Of a DNA stretch of 64,000 nt, positions 10,026 through 20,064 are shown in pieces. The notes under the pieces were generated by a model. The model was not told where the DNA came from and ran no database searches. It saw only the letters and a program-made list of their open reading frames with translations. This stretch comes from Ostreococcus lucimarinus (taxonomy: Eukaryota), in NCBI GenBank assembly GCA_000092065.1, contig CP000590.1; one strand, 5' to 3'. The first letter of the stretch is position 1. Every line of letters begins with the position of its first letter. Position numbers and translations under genes: made by a program.

Positions 10026-11027
10026 TCACGACGACCGCAGCCTGGCCAACTCGCACGCGATGTCCGCGCCGATTTTAGCGTTGTTCATCACCAACGCGAT
10101 GTTCGCCTTCAAACTCGCCCCGCCCGTGAGCTCGGCGACGCGTTTCAGGACGTACGGCGTGACGTCGCGGCCCGCGACGCCTCGTTCTTCGGTTTCGCGC
10201 AACGCGCGCGCCGTCGCGCTCTCGATGCTCGCCCCCAGCGCCTCGTGCTCGAGCGGTATCGGCACCGCGAAAACGCTTCCGCTGTTTAGATTCAGCCGCA
10301 GTCCCGCGTCGATGACCTTCGCCGCCTCCAGAGGCGTGTCCACGCGCGCCGGCGCCTCGCATCCGCTCGATCTCGTGAAAAAAGCTGGAAATTCGTCGAC
10401 GCCGTACGCGCACACCGTCACCCCGTTCGTCTCCAGCACCTCCAGCGTCCTCGGAATGTCCAGAATCGACTTCGCCCCCGCGCACACCACCGCCACCGGC
10501 GTTCTTCCGAGCTCCATCAGATCCGCGCTCACGTCCATCGTGTCCTGCCCCCCCACGTGCACGCCACCGATCCCTCCCGTGACGAACACGTCCACGCCCG
10601 CCGCGCGCGCCAGCACCATCGTCCCGCTCACCGTCGTCGCCGCCGTCTTTCCCGTCCCGCACGCCGCGCTCAGGTCTCGTCTCGACGCCTTCGCGCACGC
10701 CGTCCCCATGCGCGCCACGCGCTCGAGTTCACCGTCCGTCGCGCCGACGACGCAGACGCCGTCCACGATCGCCACCGTCGCCGGCGTCGCGCCTCGCGCG
10801 CGCACCGCGCGCTCGACCGCGCGCGCCGTTTCGAGATTTTCTGGATGCGGCATCCCGTGCGCGACGATGGTGCTCTCGAGCGCGACGACGGCGCCGCCGC
10901 GCGCCAGCGTCGCGCGCACCTCGTCCGAGACGCGCACGGCGACGTCGGCGCGCGCCGTCGGCGCGACGTGCGTCGAGAGACGCGCGATGCGTCGCCGCGG
11001 GGCGTCGGCATCGCCGACGCGCGGCAT
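10026..11027 (-). CDS. Pseudouridine-5'-phosphate glycosidase (PsuG / IndA-like)
   Basis: ALESTIVAHGMPHPENLETARAVE...GATPATVAIVDG...VFVTGGIGGVHVGG...DVSADL matches the conserved PsuG core. Confidence 0.8.
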   Translation of the reverse strand: MPRVGDADAPRRRIARLSTHVAPTARADVAVRVSDEVRATLARGGAVVALESTIVAHGMPHPENLETARAVERAVRARGATPATVAIVDGVCVVGATDGELERVARMGTACAKASRRDLSAACGTGKTAATTVSGTMVLARAAGVDVFVTGGIGGVHVGGQDTMDVSADLMELGRTPVAVVCAGAKSILDIPRTLEVLETNGVTVCAYGVDEFPAFFTRSSGCEAPARVDTPLEAAKVIDAGLRLNLNSGSVFAVPIPLEHEALGASIESATARALRETEERGVAGRDVTPYVLKRVAELTGGASLKANIALVMNNAKIGADIACELARLRSS

Positions 11028-11094
11028 CGCGACGCGAAGTGTCGCCGCACTCCGACCCGCAGCGCGCGCCGATCGCGCGACGCGACGCGACGCG

Positions 11095-12177
11095 ATGCCC
11101 GCGGTGACGCTGTACGCGCGCCAGCGCTCGATCGGGGACGCGCCGACGCACGACGGCGTGGAGAGCGCGCACGTCGCGGCGCTGCTGCTGACGTCGAGCG
11201 TCGAACATCGCGTCGAGCGGTGCGCGACGGCGGCGAGCTCGCCCTCGGGCGCGCTGCCGTGCGTGGAGATCGATGGTGACGTCGACGGGGACGCCTCGGG
11301 GGCGGGACCGGCGCCGCGGAGCGCGCGAGAGGCGGCGCACAGATGCGCGACGGCGACGCGGACGCGGACGCGAGACTGCGACGGCGACGCGAGCGCGGAT
11401 GAACGCGCGATGATCGCGGGATTGCACGCGCTGGCGCGAGAAAATTTGAGACTGGCGAGCGAATACTTTGCGTACGTCGACGCGGTGGGATACGAGGCGC
11501 GAAAGGAGGAATTGGCGAAGACGCTGCCGTGGCCGCTGAGCGCGTGGACGGCGCGAAGCGCGGCGAAGGAGGCGAAGCGAGAGCTCGATAGGGCGGGCGT
11601 GGACGGCGAACGGGCGTGCGCGATGGCGGTGGAGGCGTATGGGGCGTTGAATAATCGATTGGTGAACTCGAACGCGAGGCACGGAGATGGGTATTGGTTG
11701 TGCGGGGCGAAACCGAGGAGCTGCGACGCGGCGGCGTACGCGCAGTTGAGTTATCACGCGCGGTCGCCCTCGTGCGGGCCGCTGCGAGCGGAGATGAAGC
11801 GGTATCCGCGGTTGATACAGTACGTGAACGATGTCACGGAACGATTGGTGGAGATGGAGAAGACGCTGGTGCAGAACGCGGACGACGTCGAGCCCTCGCG
11901 AGGAACGGCGCCGACGGTGGATCCGAGCGCGTGGGGCGACAGGTACGACTCGAATCACGCCGAGCGTCGAACGGGATGGAAACCGCGCACGACCAAGGCG
12001 AAGAAAATGAGCGAGAAAGATAAGGATATGCGCAGGAAGGCGTGGTACTCGGTCGGTTTCGCCGCGGCGTCGGTGATTTCGTACATGTTTCTCGGCGGCT
12101 TCATTCAACTCGATTTCGACGACGAAGACGACGAAGACGAAGATCACGCGGCGGACGACGTCGACGACGACGAATGA
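11095..12177 (+). CDS. Metaxin-like GST-fold protein (mitochondrial outer membrane SAM/TOM37 family), tentative
   Basis: GST_C-like segment GDGYWLCGAKPRSCDAAAYAQLSYHARSP...LRAEMKRYPRLIQYVNDVTERL, followed by a C-terminal hydrophobic anchor (WYSVGFAAASVISYMFLGGFIQL) and an acidic tail. The start is taken at MPAVTLYARQ; the upstream part of ORF 10060..12177 is antisense to PsuG. Confidence 0.4.
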   Translation: MPAVTLYARQRSIGDAPTHDGVESAHVAALLLTSSVEHRVERCATAASSPSGALPCVEIDGDVDGDASGAGPAPRSAREAAHRCATATRTRTRDCDGDASADERAMIAGLHALARENLRLASEYFAYVDAVGYEARKEELAKTLPWPLSAWTARSAAKEAKRELDRAGVDGERACAMAVEAYGALNNRLVNSNARHGDGYWLCGAKPRSCDAAAYAQLSYHARSPSCGPLRAEMKRYPRLIQYVNDVTERLVEMEKTLVQNADDVEPSRGTAPTVDPSAWGDRYDSNHAERRTGWKPRTTKAKKMSEKDKDMRRKAWYSVGFAAASVISYMFLGGFIQLDFDDEDDEDEDHAADDVDDDE

Positions 12178-12231
12178 GTGCGTTCGCTACAAACTAAAAG
12201 ATATATGCAATACAAAACGCTAATCGTGCCT

Positions 12232-13161
12232 TCAACGATGCATACAGCAGCCAAAGAGGGCGCCGGAGAGGCGCTCAAAAAACGTCGCCGGCGGTTTTTT
12301 CGCGTTCGCCAGACGCGCCGCCTTTTTCCGATACACCGCGGTGTTCTTGTAGTCCATCCTCTGGCGCACCTTGCGCTGATCGTCCTCGTGCGAGAACGAT
12401 ATCGCCCTTTGGAATTCCTTGGCGAGAGCATCCACCGACGACGACGCGTTTTCCTTCTTCGCCGCCGCCGCCGCCTCGGCGGCTTCGCGTCGCAGTCTAT
12501 CCTTCTTATCCTTCTTCGCCTTGAGTGCGGCCTCGTAATCTTTCCGCGCCTTGTCGTATTTCTCCACAACTTTCTGCGGCACCACGGCGGAGCCGATGTG
12601 ATGGGCGCCTTGTCGCTTCTTCGTAGCTTCGTCGTCCAAGTCCTCGTCGTCCCAAATCTTTGGGGTTTCCCCTCCCAACGCGTTTAATAAACCGTTCACG
12701 CCCACGTTCACGGAGCTCCCATCTTGCGTGCTTCGCTCGTCCGCGAAATCCGGATCCACGCTCTCCGTGCTCGCGAGCATCGACCCTCCGCGCGGCCCTC
12801 GACTCGAGTGCCTCGAGCTCGCGCGCGACCCCCGTCGACTCGACCGCGCGCTCGAGCTCGAGTACCCAGCCTCGCTCCTCGCCTGATCGATCTTCTCCCG
12901 CAATTTCTCCAGCTCCGCCCGCGTGATCTCGATCGCCTCGTTCTCGGCTTCGTATTCGCTGTGTCGCGACGCCGACCGTCCCGCGTACACCGCGCCGAGC
13001 GCGTCGCGTCGGTTCAATCGCTTCGTCGACCGTCCCCGTCGACCGTCGTCGCTCGCGTCGCCCTCGTCCTCGCTCAACCACGCGTGCGCGTCGCCCGAGT
13101 CATCGTTCGCGCGCGCGCGCGCGTCGAACGACGCGAGACGTCCCGCCGCGGCGCGCGACAT
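12232..13161 (-). CDS. Hypothetical protein (coiled-coil, Ser/Arg-rich, C-terminal CC motif)
   Basis: A 309-aa ORF with coding-like codon usage. It has the coiled segment EAENEAIEITRAELEKLREKIDQARSEAG and a basic/acidic C-terminal half. No recognisable domain. Confidence 0.35.
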   Translation of the reverse strand: MSRAAAGRLASFDARARANDDSGDAHAWLSEDEGDASDDGRRGRSTKRLNRRDALGAVYAGRSASRHSEYEAENEAIEITRAELEKLREKIDQARSEAGYSSSSARSSRRGSRASSRHSSRGPRGGSMLASTESVDPDFADERSTQDGSSVNVGVNGLLNALGGETPKIWDDEDLDDEATKKRQGAHHIGSAVVPQKVVEKYDKARKDYEAALKAKKDKKDRLRREAAEAAAAAKKENASSSVDALAKEFQRAISFSHEDDQRKVRQRMDYKNTAVYRKKAARLANAKKPPATFFERLSGALFGCCMHR

Positions 13162-13493
13162 TCCGGAGGGTGTTACGAGTGCGAACGCGCGCGCGTCGCG
13201 CGCGCGTCGCGCGCGCGTCGCGAGCGCGTCGCGCGTCGAGCGTCGCGGTCGGCGCGCGTTCGAGCGTCGGGACGAACCGGCGCGGCGTCGCGGCGCGCGG
13301 CGTCGTGACGCGCGGGCGGGCGGTCGTGAATGTCGAGGGGCGCGCGTCGACGCGCGCGCGCTCGAGTCCCCTCGCTCGAGTCCTGAACCGTCGATGGAGC
13401 GTTTTTTGAGCGTTTTTCGTCGGGAACGACGACGACGCGGGACCGAGGCGCGACAGAGCGACGCGCGACGCGACGCGCGAGGCGTCGAACGAC

Positions 13494-13904
13494 ATGGCGA
13501 AGATCACCGAAGTCGACGACGGGCGCGATGGGGACGCGACGCTGGGAAAGGCGCGCACGAGGCACGAAGAGATGAAGGAATTGCAAGCGCTGGCGGATGA
13601 AATCACCGAGGACGCGCGCGATGGTTCGGGGGACGACGAGGACGAGGACGACGACGGCGAGAGCGAGAGCGAGGAGGAAATCGTGAACGGGGAGTTCGTC
13701 ACCGGACCGACGGTGTGGGAAGCCGCGGCGGACGAAGAAATTCCGGAAAACCATTGGGAGTATCACATGCGCAAGAATATGAACGACGGGCGCGGCGACT
13801 CGGTGGCTCGAAACTTGGCGTACGTACCTGTGTGTAACTGCATGCCGGTGTGCGCGGGGGAGGAGTGCAGAAATCCTTATTTCATGTGGACGAAGAAGAA
13901 GTGA
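13494..13904 (+). CDS. Hypothetical small acidic protein with a Cys-rich C-terminus
   Basis: 136-aa ORF. It has a D/E-rich centre, a CNCMPVCAGEEC motif and a poly-K tail, and sits between two better-supported genes. Confidence 0.3.
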   Translation: MAKITEVDDGRDGDATLGKARTRHEEMKELQALADEITEDARDGSGDDEDEDDDGESESEEEIVNGEFVTGPTVWEAAADEEIPENHWEYHMRKNMNDGRGDSVARNLAYVPVCNCMPVCAGEECRNPYFMWTKKK

Positions 13905-13963
13905 ACGACGTTATTGCTGTATGAAATGAAATAAATACATTTACAACACTCGAGCGCTCGACG

Positions 13964-15602
13964 CTAAAAATTCGTCGGCGTCGCCTCGACGGGGTCGCCG
14001 CGATCGTTTCTTCGCATGATCTCGCGCGCCAGACGCACTTGTCGACCGAGCACGAGAACAGACACGCGCCCTTCGCCCAACGCGCCGCGCGCGGTGCGCC
14101 CGACTCGTCGAACGTACTCGCTCGGGTCGCGCGGGAAATCAAACAAGATGACGTGCTTGACTCGCGAAGCGTCCAAACCTCGAGACGCGCGGTCCGTGCA
14201 CACGAGAATGTGCGGCATCTTCGACGGCGACGTGATGAACTCTTTCAGGTTTCTCTGCTGCTGCTCGCGCGACAGCGCGGCGTGGTACGGTAGTATCTTG
14301 TACTTGTCGCCGTCGCGATCGGCGCGCGTGAGCATGTTTTCGAGCTTTCTGCACGTCTCGATTTTGTTGCAAAACAGCAACGCCCGGTCGGCTTTGTCGA
14401 CCTCGAGCAAATCGAGCAAGGCTTTGAACTTGCGATAAAATCCCGATTGGTCATCGAAGACGTCACCACCGCTACAATCGATGAGACGCTCGAGCATACC
14501 AGCCGAAGGACGATGAAGACCCGGGCCTTGCACGACGCGAATATCGCGCTCGAAAAACTTTTTCAGTTGCTTCAACACTTCGTCCGGGATCGTGGCGGTG
14601 ACGAGCACGAACTGCGTGTCTGATTTCACCGCGTTTCGAATCGGCGCGACTTGTTCGGCGAACTCAAAGCTTTCACCGAGCAAGACGTCGCACTCGTCCA
14701 AAACCACCGCGTCGACGTCGTCCGTGAACATTTTGCCTTCCTCGATGAGCCTCGCCACGCGCCCGGGAGTGCCGACGACGATGTCTACGCCGTCTACGAG
14801 AGCTTCAATTTGCGTTCGCGACTTACTGACGTTGTTTGCCAGGAGCGAGCGCGAGCGAAGGCCGCCGAAAGAGAGTTGCTTTACGACGTCTCGCACTTGC
14901 GTCGCGAGCTCGCTCGTCGGCGTCAAAACCAAAAGCCGCGGCTTTTTCGATTTGCTTCGCCCTTGCTCGACTTCGATCTTTTGCACGCGCTGCAGCAGCG
15001 GCAACAAGTACGCCAACGTCTTTCCACTTCCCGCTTGATCGGCCAACAAAACGTGGCCGTCGTAGCGCGGCGCGGACGCGCCCGCGACGTCGCCGCTGAG
15101 CACGCGGTACGATTGCGCTTGAATGTGCGACGGACGATCTATTTTGAAACTCTCCTTCAACGCCGCGCGCACCTCGTCGCTCGCGCCGAGCTGGTTGAAC
15201 CGCGCGCCGGAAAAGAACGAGTACTCGTCCAAATCATCCGGCTCGCGCGTGTACACCATGGGTTCGAAGTCGTCCTCGACGTACTTGCTCAAGAGTTCGG
15301 GGAGGTACTGTTTTCTCTCCTCGCCCCATCGACGTCCGTCCTCGAGTTCGTCCTCCAGCCCTCGCAACAACCAATCGTCATCGTCGTCATCGAACGCGCG
15401 ATCGTCTTCGTCCATCACGTCGTCACCTCCCTCGTACTCGCTCCTCGCGTCGTAATACCGATCCCGCCGCTCGTACGCGTCGTCGCCATCGCCTCGAAAC
15501 CCTCGCGCGCCGCCCTCGCGTCCGCGCGCGCCGTCGTCACCGACCGCTCCGCGTCCAAATCGTCCCCGCCCGCGTTCGCCGTCCCGCTCGGCGCCGTCGA
15601 AC

Positions 15603-15645
<43 letters not shown>

Positions 15646-16141
15646 CCTCGCGCGCGCCGCCGCGACCGCCGCGACCCCGCCGTCCTCCCTCGCGCGCGCG
15701 TCCACCGCCGTCCGCCTCGAACCTCGACCCGAACCGCGCGTCGTCTCTTTCTCTCCGCGCGAATCCGTCGTCTCTTTCTCTCCGCGCTCGCCGCGCGTCG
15801 TCGCCGTCGTCGCCGTCGTCGCCGCGCCTCGCGTCCGCGTCGCCCGGCCGCGAGCCGTCGCCGCGCTCGATGATTCGAAACCCGCCTCGCCGCTCGGCGT
15901 CGCGCTCGCGCGCGTCGCGCTGGTGCGCGCGCTCGTCGGCGTCGTCGCGCCGATGCGTCCCTCGCGCGCGAGACGCGCGCGCGTCGTCGTCGTCGCGAAA
16001 CGCGGCGGCGGCGGCGCGACGGGGCGCGCGCGCGCGCGCGAGGGACGCGCGCGAGACGCGCGAGGACGCGCGACGCGCGAGGGCGACGACGCCGACGCGC
16101 GTCGCGCGCGCGCGCGAGGGCGCGGTCGCGGCGGAGGTCAT
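13964..16141 (-). CDS. DEAD-box ATP-dependent RNA helicase (organelle-type N-extension)
   Basis: Q-motif/motif I region PSHIQAQS...ADQAGSGKTLAYLLP, motif Ia LVLTPTSELATQV, motif II VVLDECDVLL, motif V/VI region VCTDRASRGLDASRVKHVILFDFPRDPSEYVRRVGRTAR. A long R/G-rich N-terminus precedes the core. Confidence 0.8.
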
Positions 16142-16395
16142 CGCGCGGCGGGGTGTGAGGATGCGCGACGACGACTGGCGTTACAAGAGCGTCCGGGCGC
16201 GGACGACGCGCGCGGGACGGCGCGGCTCGCGAAGCCGGCGCTCGCGAGATTTAAAACACAACAACAACGCGCGTGAGGGAAACCTCGCGCGAGGGATAAC
16301 GACGGGGGAGAAAATTTGACCGGGAGCGGCGGCGCCGACGAGACGCGGGACGCGCGCCGCGCGCGTTTCGGCGGCGGCGCGAGAACGCGTCGCGA

Positions 16396-17262
16396 TCAAG
16401 ACGTCGCGGATTCGGACAAGCCGAAAACGCCGATCTCGACGTTGAAGGCGCTGGGATCGTCCTCGCGCGCGAGGTCCATCGTCACGGATTCCGCGCGCGA
16501 CGCCTCCTCGGCGTCGACGGCGACGAATCTGTAAAAGCCTTCCATCGTACCGCGCTTGGTCTTCAAAGGCGTCGACGACGCGTACTCGAAGCTCGCGCCC
16601 GGTTTGATCGTCGGTTGCTTGCCCACGACCCCGGCTCCGCGCACGGCTTCCGTTCGTCCCTCGTCGTCCGTGATCAACCAGCTTCGACTCAACAACTTGA
16701 CGCTGGAGTCGGAGACGTTTGTAATCGTCACGACGTACTGGAAAAACCACATAGATTCCTTTGGCGAGCTTCGATCGATCACGCATCGCGATTTCACCCG
16801 CACGCGCACGCCGCGCGTCGTGCGATCGCTCTCGCACGGCGACAGCCCGTCCACGACGGCGTCTCGCTCGAGTTCCTCGATCAACATCTTCACGCTCGCC
16901 GCCTTTTCGTAGTCTTCGCGCAAAATCAGCTCCGCCAAGTCGTCCTCCGCCCGCGCCAGCGGATCGCGTCGTCGCAGCGCGCGCAGCTCGTCCCGCACGT
17001 TCGCCGCCGCCGCAAAATTCTCACACGCGATCGCGTCCGCCAACCTCTCGTCCAGCCGCATCGCTCGTCTCCTGAGCGCGGGATCCGTGAACGCCTCCGC
17101 CGTCGTCCTCAACCGTTTCGTGTTCCCGTCCTCCCCCGCGCCGCCCGCGCGCGCCGCGCACCGCGCCGCGCGCCGCGCGCGCGCGCCCCCGCGACGATCC
17201 CGCGTCCGCGTCACCGCCCGCGACGCCCGCGCGTCGCCCGAACGCATCGCACGCGTCGCCAT
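16396..17262 (-). CDS. ApaG-domain protein with an N-terminal UVR motif
   Basis: UVR-like AAANVRDELRALRRRDP...EDYEKAASVKMLIEEL, then an ApaG/DUF525 core FQYVVTITNVSDSSVKLLSRSWLITDDEGRTEAVRGAGVVGKQPTIKPGASFEYASSTPLKTKRGTMEGFYRF. Confidence 0.65.
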   Translation of the reverse strand: MATRAMRSGDARASRAVTRTRDRRGGARARRAARCAARAGGAGEDGNTKRLRTTAEAFTDPALRRRAMRLDERLADAIACENFAAAANVRDELRALRRRDPLARAEDDLAELILREDYEKAASVKMLIEELERDAVVDGLSPCESDRTTRGVRVRVKSRCVIDRSSPKESMWFFQYVVTITNVSDSSVKLLSRSWLITDDEGRTEAVRGAGVVGKQPTIKPGASFEYASSTPLKTKRGTMEGFYRFVAVDAEEASRAESVTMDLAREDDPSAFNVEIGVFGLSESATS

Positions 17263-17663
17263 CGCGAATCAGATCGCTGATCGCGAAAAAGCGATCAATC
17301 CAATCGCGCGATCGATGGATGAATCGACGCCGTCGTCGTTCGTCGCGATCGACCGAATCCGGCGTTCGCGACGAAGCGCGCGCGCGATGAAGAGCCGCAC
17401 CGACGCCCGAAGTCGCGCGCCGAGCGCGTCGCGGTCGCGTCGCGCTTCTGTGACGCGCGAACGCCGCGTCGGATCGTCGCGCGCGCGATCGCTTTTTCGC
17501 GAAAAAGCGCCTCGAGCGGCGCGATCGACGCGTCCGACGCCCGCGTCGATCGATCGCGCGGTCGATCGATCGATCGCGCGATCGTCGCGCGGTCGATCGC
17601 GCGATGGTTTCGCGATCGATCGATCGCGCGCGCGGCGCGCGGGCGCGAGGACGCGACGCGCGG
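17263..17663. promoter_or_regulatory. Bidirectional promoter region (ApaG <- -> GOSR1) rich in GATCGATCG palindromic repeats
   Basis: cgatcgatcgcgcggtcgatcgatcgatcgcgcgatcg...cgatcgatcgatcgcgcgcg. Multiple overlapping GATC/CGATCG palindromes between two divergent start codons. Confidence 0.4.
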
Positions 17664-17766
17664 ATGGCGACGACGGCGACGACGCGGGCGTGGGAGGATC
17701 TGCGCAAGGATGCGCGACGGACGGAGAGCGCGATAGAGCGCGAGCTCGGGGAGCTGAGCGCGCTCG
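17664..17766 (+). CDS. Golgi SNAP receptor complex member 1 (GOS1/GOSR1 Qb-SNARE), exon 1
   Basis: MATTATTRAWEDLRKDARRTESAIERELGELSAL matches the GOSR1 N-terminus (MAAGTSSYWEDLRKQARQLENEL...). The exon ends in phase 1 at a GTGCGC donor at 17767. Confidence 0.6.
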
Positions 17767-17911
17767 GTGCGCGCGCGACGCGACGCGACGCGACCATCCG
17801 ACGACGCGGGCGATTCGCGCGCGACGCGACCATCCGACGACGCGACGCGACGCGACGCGACGCGATGGCGCGAGCGGGCGATTGACGAGCGGCGACGGTG
17901 ACGGACGATAG

Positions 17912-18552
17912 GAGCGAAAGCGCGGTACGGCGGCGCGGACGCGCGCGCGGCGACGCGGGACGCGGTCGAGACGATGGAAAGGGTGGAGCGAGAGATCGCG
18001 CGACTGCGAGCGATCGACGAGGACATGGCGCGCGCGCTGGAGGCGGATGACGAACGGGCGAGAAGCGCGAGCGGACGGGAGGGGGAGGGCGCGACGAGCG
18101 CGGGGTATCGAGACTCGCGGAGACACACGCTGCAGAGACATCGAGACGTGCTGCAGGAATACGCGGACGAGCTGCGGCGGTTGAGAAGAGACGCCGAGGA
18201 CGCGGCGGAGCGGGAGAGTTTGTTGGGAGGACGCGCGGGGTCGAGCGCTTCGGGCGGACCCGACGAGAGCGCGGAGGCGAGGTTGATTCGTGAGCGCGCG
18301 CGCATAGCGGGGAGCGCGAGCGCGATGGACGATATCATCAGCGTGGCGCAGAACACGGCGCGAGAGCTCTTCGCGCAACGCGGAATTTTACAAAACGCCG
18401 GGGCGAAAATTTTAACCATGACGAGCAAGTTTCCGGTGTTGAATAACTTGGTGCTGGCGATCAAGCGGAAAAAGAATAAAGATGCGATGATTTTAGCCGC
18501 CGTCGTCGCCGCGTGCACGACGTTCGTCCTGCTCTACTACTTGTCTAAATAG
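17912..18552 (+). CDS. GOS1/GOSR1 Qb-SNARE, exon 2 (intron 17767..17911)
   Basis: After the AG acceptor at 17910-17911 the frame reads G-AKARYGGADARAATRDAVETMERVEREIARL...TLQRHRDVLQEYADELRR...SVAQNTARELFAQRGILQNAGAKILTMTSKFPVLNNLVLAIKRKKNKDAMILAAVVAACTTFVLLYYLSK. The SNARE motif and C-terminal TM anchor are colinear with human GOSR1. Confidence 0.65.
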
Positions 18553-18554
18553 CC

Positions 18555-20024
18555 GTGTCATCGAAAGCCGAGAAATTGTTCGCGCTCGCGAGGGACTTCA
18601 CGTCACACGCCGGCGCGATGCGTCGCCCCGTGTTTTGCGTGGTCGTATGCATCGCCTTTTCGTCGTTCCACGTCGGCGACGCCGCGGAGTCATCGTGCCA
18701 AACGCTCGTGTTCTCCGGGCTTTCCACGTCGTGCAACTTGAACGGCGGACAGAGCTCGAGCGAGGACGCGTGTTGTCGAGCGCTCGACAAAGCGAACGCA
18801 AAACGCTGTTTTTGCGACAATCAACTTATGACGACGATTCAGTTAGTGATTGGAGAAAACGGCATCCAGTTTTTTCGAGACTTCGCGATTGGTTCGTGCT
18901 CTGGAGAACTCACGGAGGGTGAGGCGTGCGACGACGTCGCCGGCGACGACGGATCCGAGTGGGACGGCGTCATCGCGCCGCCGCCGCCGATGGACCACAC
19001 ACACACACATCGCGATTTGGAGTTATCCGAGATTGAGTATTACACGCAAGACGTGCGAGGTTCGCCACCACCCGATCGTCGGCCGACGCCGCTGTTCCCA
19101 ACGCGAGCGCCTCCGGAACGAGAAACCATCGCAAATTTCATACTCGATCCCAGACGCGACGCGGAGATTGGATTTACGGCGGACGCTCTCACGCTCACCG
19201 GCGTTCGGAACGACTTGGATTCCAATCAAACTTCAACGGTTTTCGTACCGACAAACGAGGCGTGGTACGCCCTGCTCTTTCGTCTCGGCGTCACGAAGGA
19301 GGAACTGTTCGCCGACACGATTTGGCTGGCCGACGCGCTTCGATACCACATCGTCCGCGACATCGCGCACACCTCAAACATGGGTTTCGGAACTTCGCTT
19401 ATGACTGATCTCGACGACGAAGAGTTGCATGTGGAGAAGTATACCGATAGCAGGCGTTCGAACGTTCCCGTTCGCGTCAACGGATGCTTTGTTCATCCCG
19501 CGGCGAATCGCCGCGACGTCAGAGTCGGCGACCACGGCGTCGTACACTATATCGATTGTGTTTTACTACCACCGCGGCACCCATTACCCACGTCGCGCAC
19601 GCTGGCGCAATATATTTCGTCAGAGCCGAGCGTGTCGATGTTCGCCAACGCGTTGGCGGGCTCGACGTTGATGTCCGAGCTCTGGAACGAATCCCGTAGG
19701 TTCACCGTCTTCGCGCCGACGAACGATGCGTTCGTGCGATTCTTGGGAGATCCACGCGTCGGGGCGACATTTTACGACGACGGCGTCTTTCGAGACATGC
19801 TGTCTCGCCACGTCGCGCTCGGATTCCACGAAATCTCTGAACTTGCCACCGGGCGCGCCTTGAAATCGCTCACCACCGTCGCCGGCGACGACGATCAAAG
19901 TCGCGTGTACGTGGAGACGCGACGACGAGGCGAAGTCTTCGTAAACGGATGCGCCGTCATCGGTGAACAAATTTTCGCGCGCGACGGCGCCGTACACTTC
20001 ATCGACTGCGTGCTGACTGACTGA
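18555..20024 (+). CDS. Fasciclin (FAS1) domain protein, secreted (two FAS1 repeats)
   Basis: Two repeats carry the FAS1 signatures TVFVPTNEAW...ALRYHIV...VVHYIDCVL and TVFAPTNDAF...MLSRHVA...AVHFIDCVL. The signal peptide MRRPVFCVVVCIAFSSFHVG suggests the true start is at 18618. Confidence 0.7.
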   Translation: MSSKAEKLFALARDFTSHAGAMRRPVFCVVVCIAFSSFHVGDAAESSCQTLVFSGLSTSCNLNGGQSSSEDACCRALDKANAKRCFCDNQLMTTIQLVIGENGIQFFRDFAIGSCSGELTEGEACDDVAGDDGSEWDGVIAPPPPMDHTHTHRDLELSEIEYYTQDVRGSPPPDRRPTPLFPTRAPPERETIANFILDPRRDAEIGFTADALTLTGVRNDLDSNQTSTVFVPTNEAWYALLFRLGVTKEELFADTIWLADALRYHIVRDIAHTSNMGFGTSLMTDLDDEELHVEKYTDSRRSNVPVRVNGCFVHPAANRRDVRVGDHGVVHYIDCVLLPPRHPLPTSRTLAQYISSEPSVSMFANALAGSTLMSELWNESRRFTVFAPTNDAFVRFLGDPRVGATFYDDGVFRDMLSRHVALGFHEISELATGRALKSLTTVAGDDDQSRVYVETRRRGEVFVNGCAVIGEQIFARDGAVHFIDCVLTD

Positions 20025-20064
20025 AGACTGTATACGTAATGATACAACGTAATGATACAACAAA

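Noticed and set aside
17269-18518. ORFs 17269..18378(-) 369 aa and 17295..18518(-) 407 aa
   Set aside because: Antisense to the GOSR1 exons and intron. R/S/A-rich without domain features. GOSR1 on the plus strand is supported by colinear homology.
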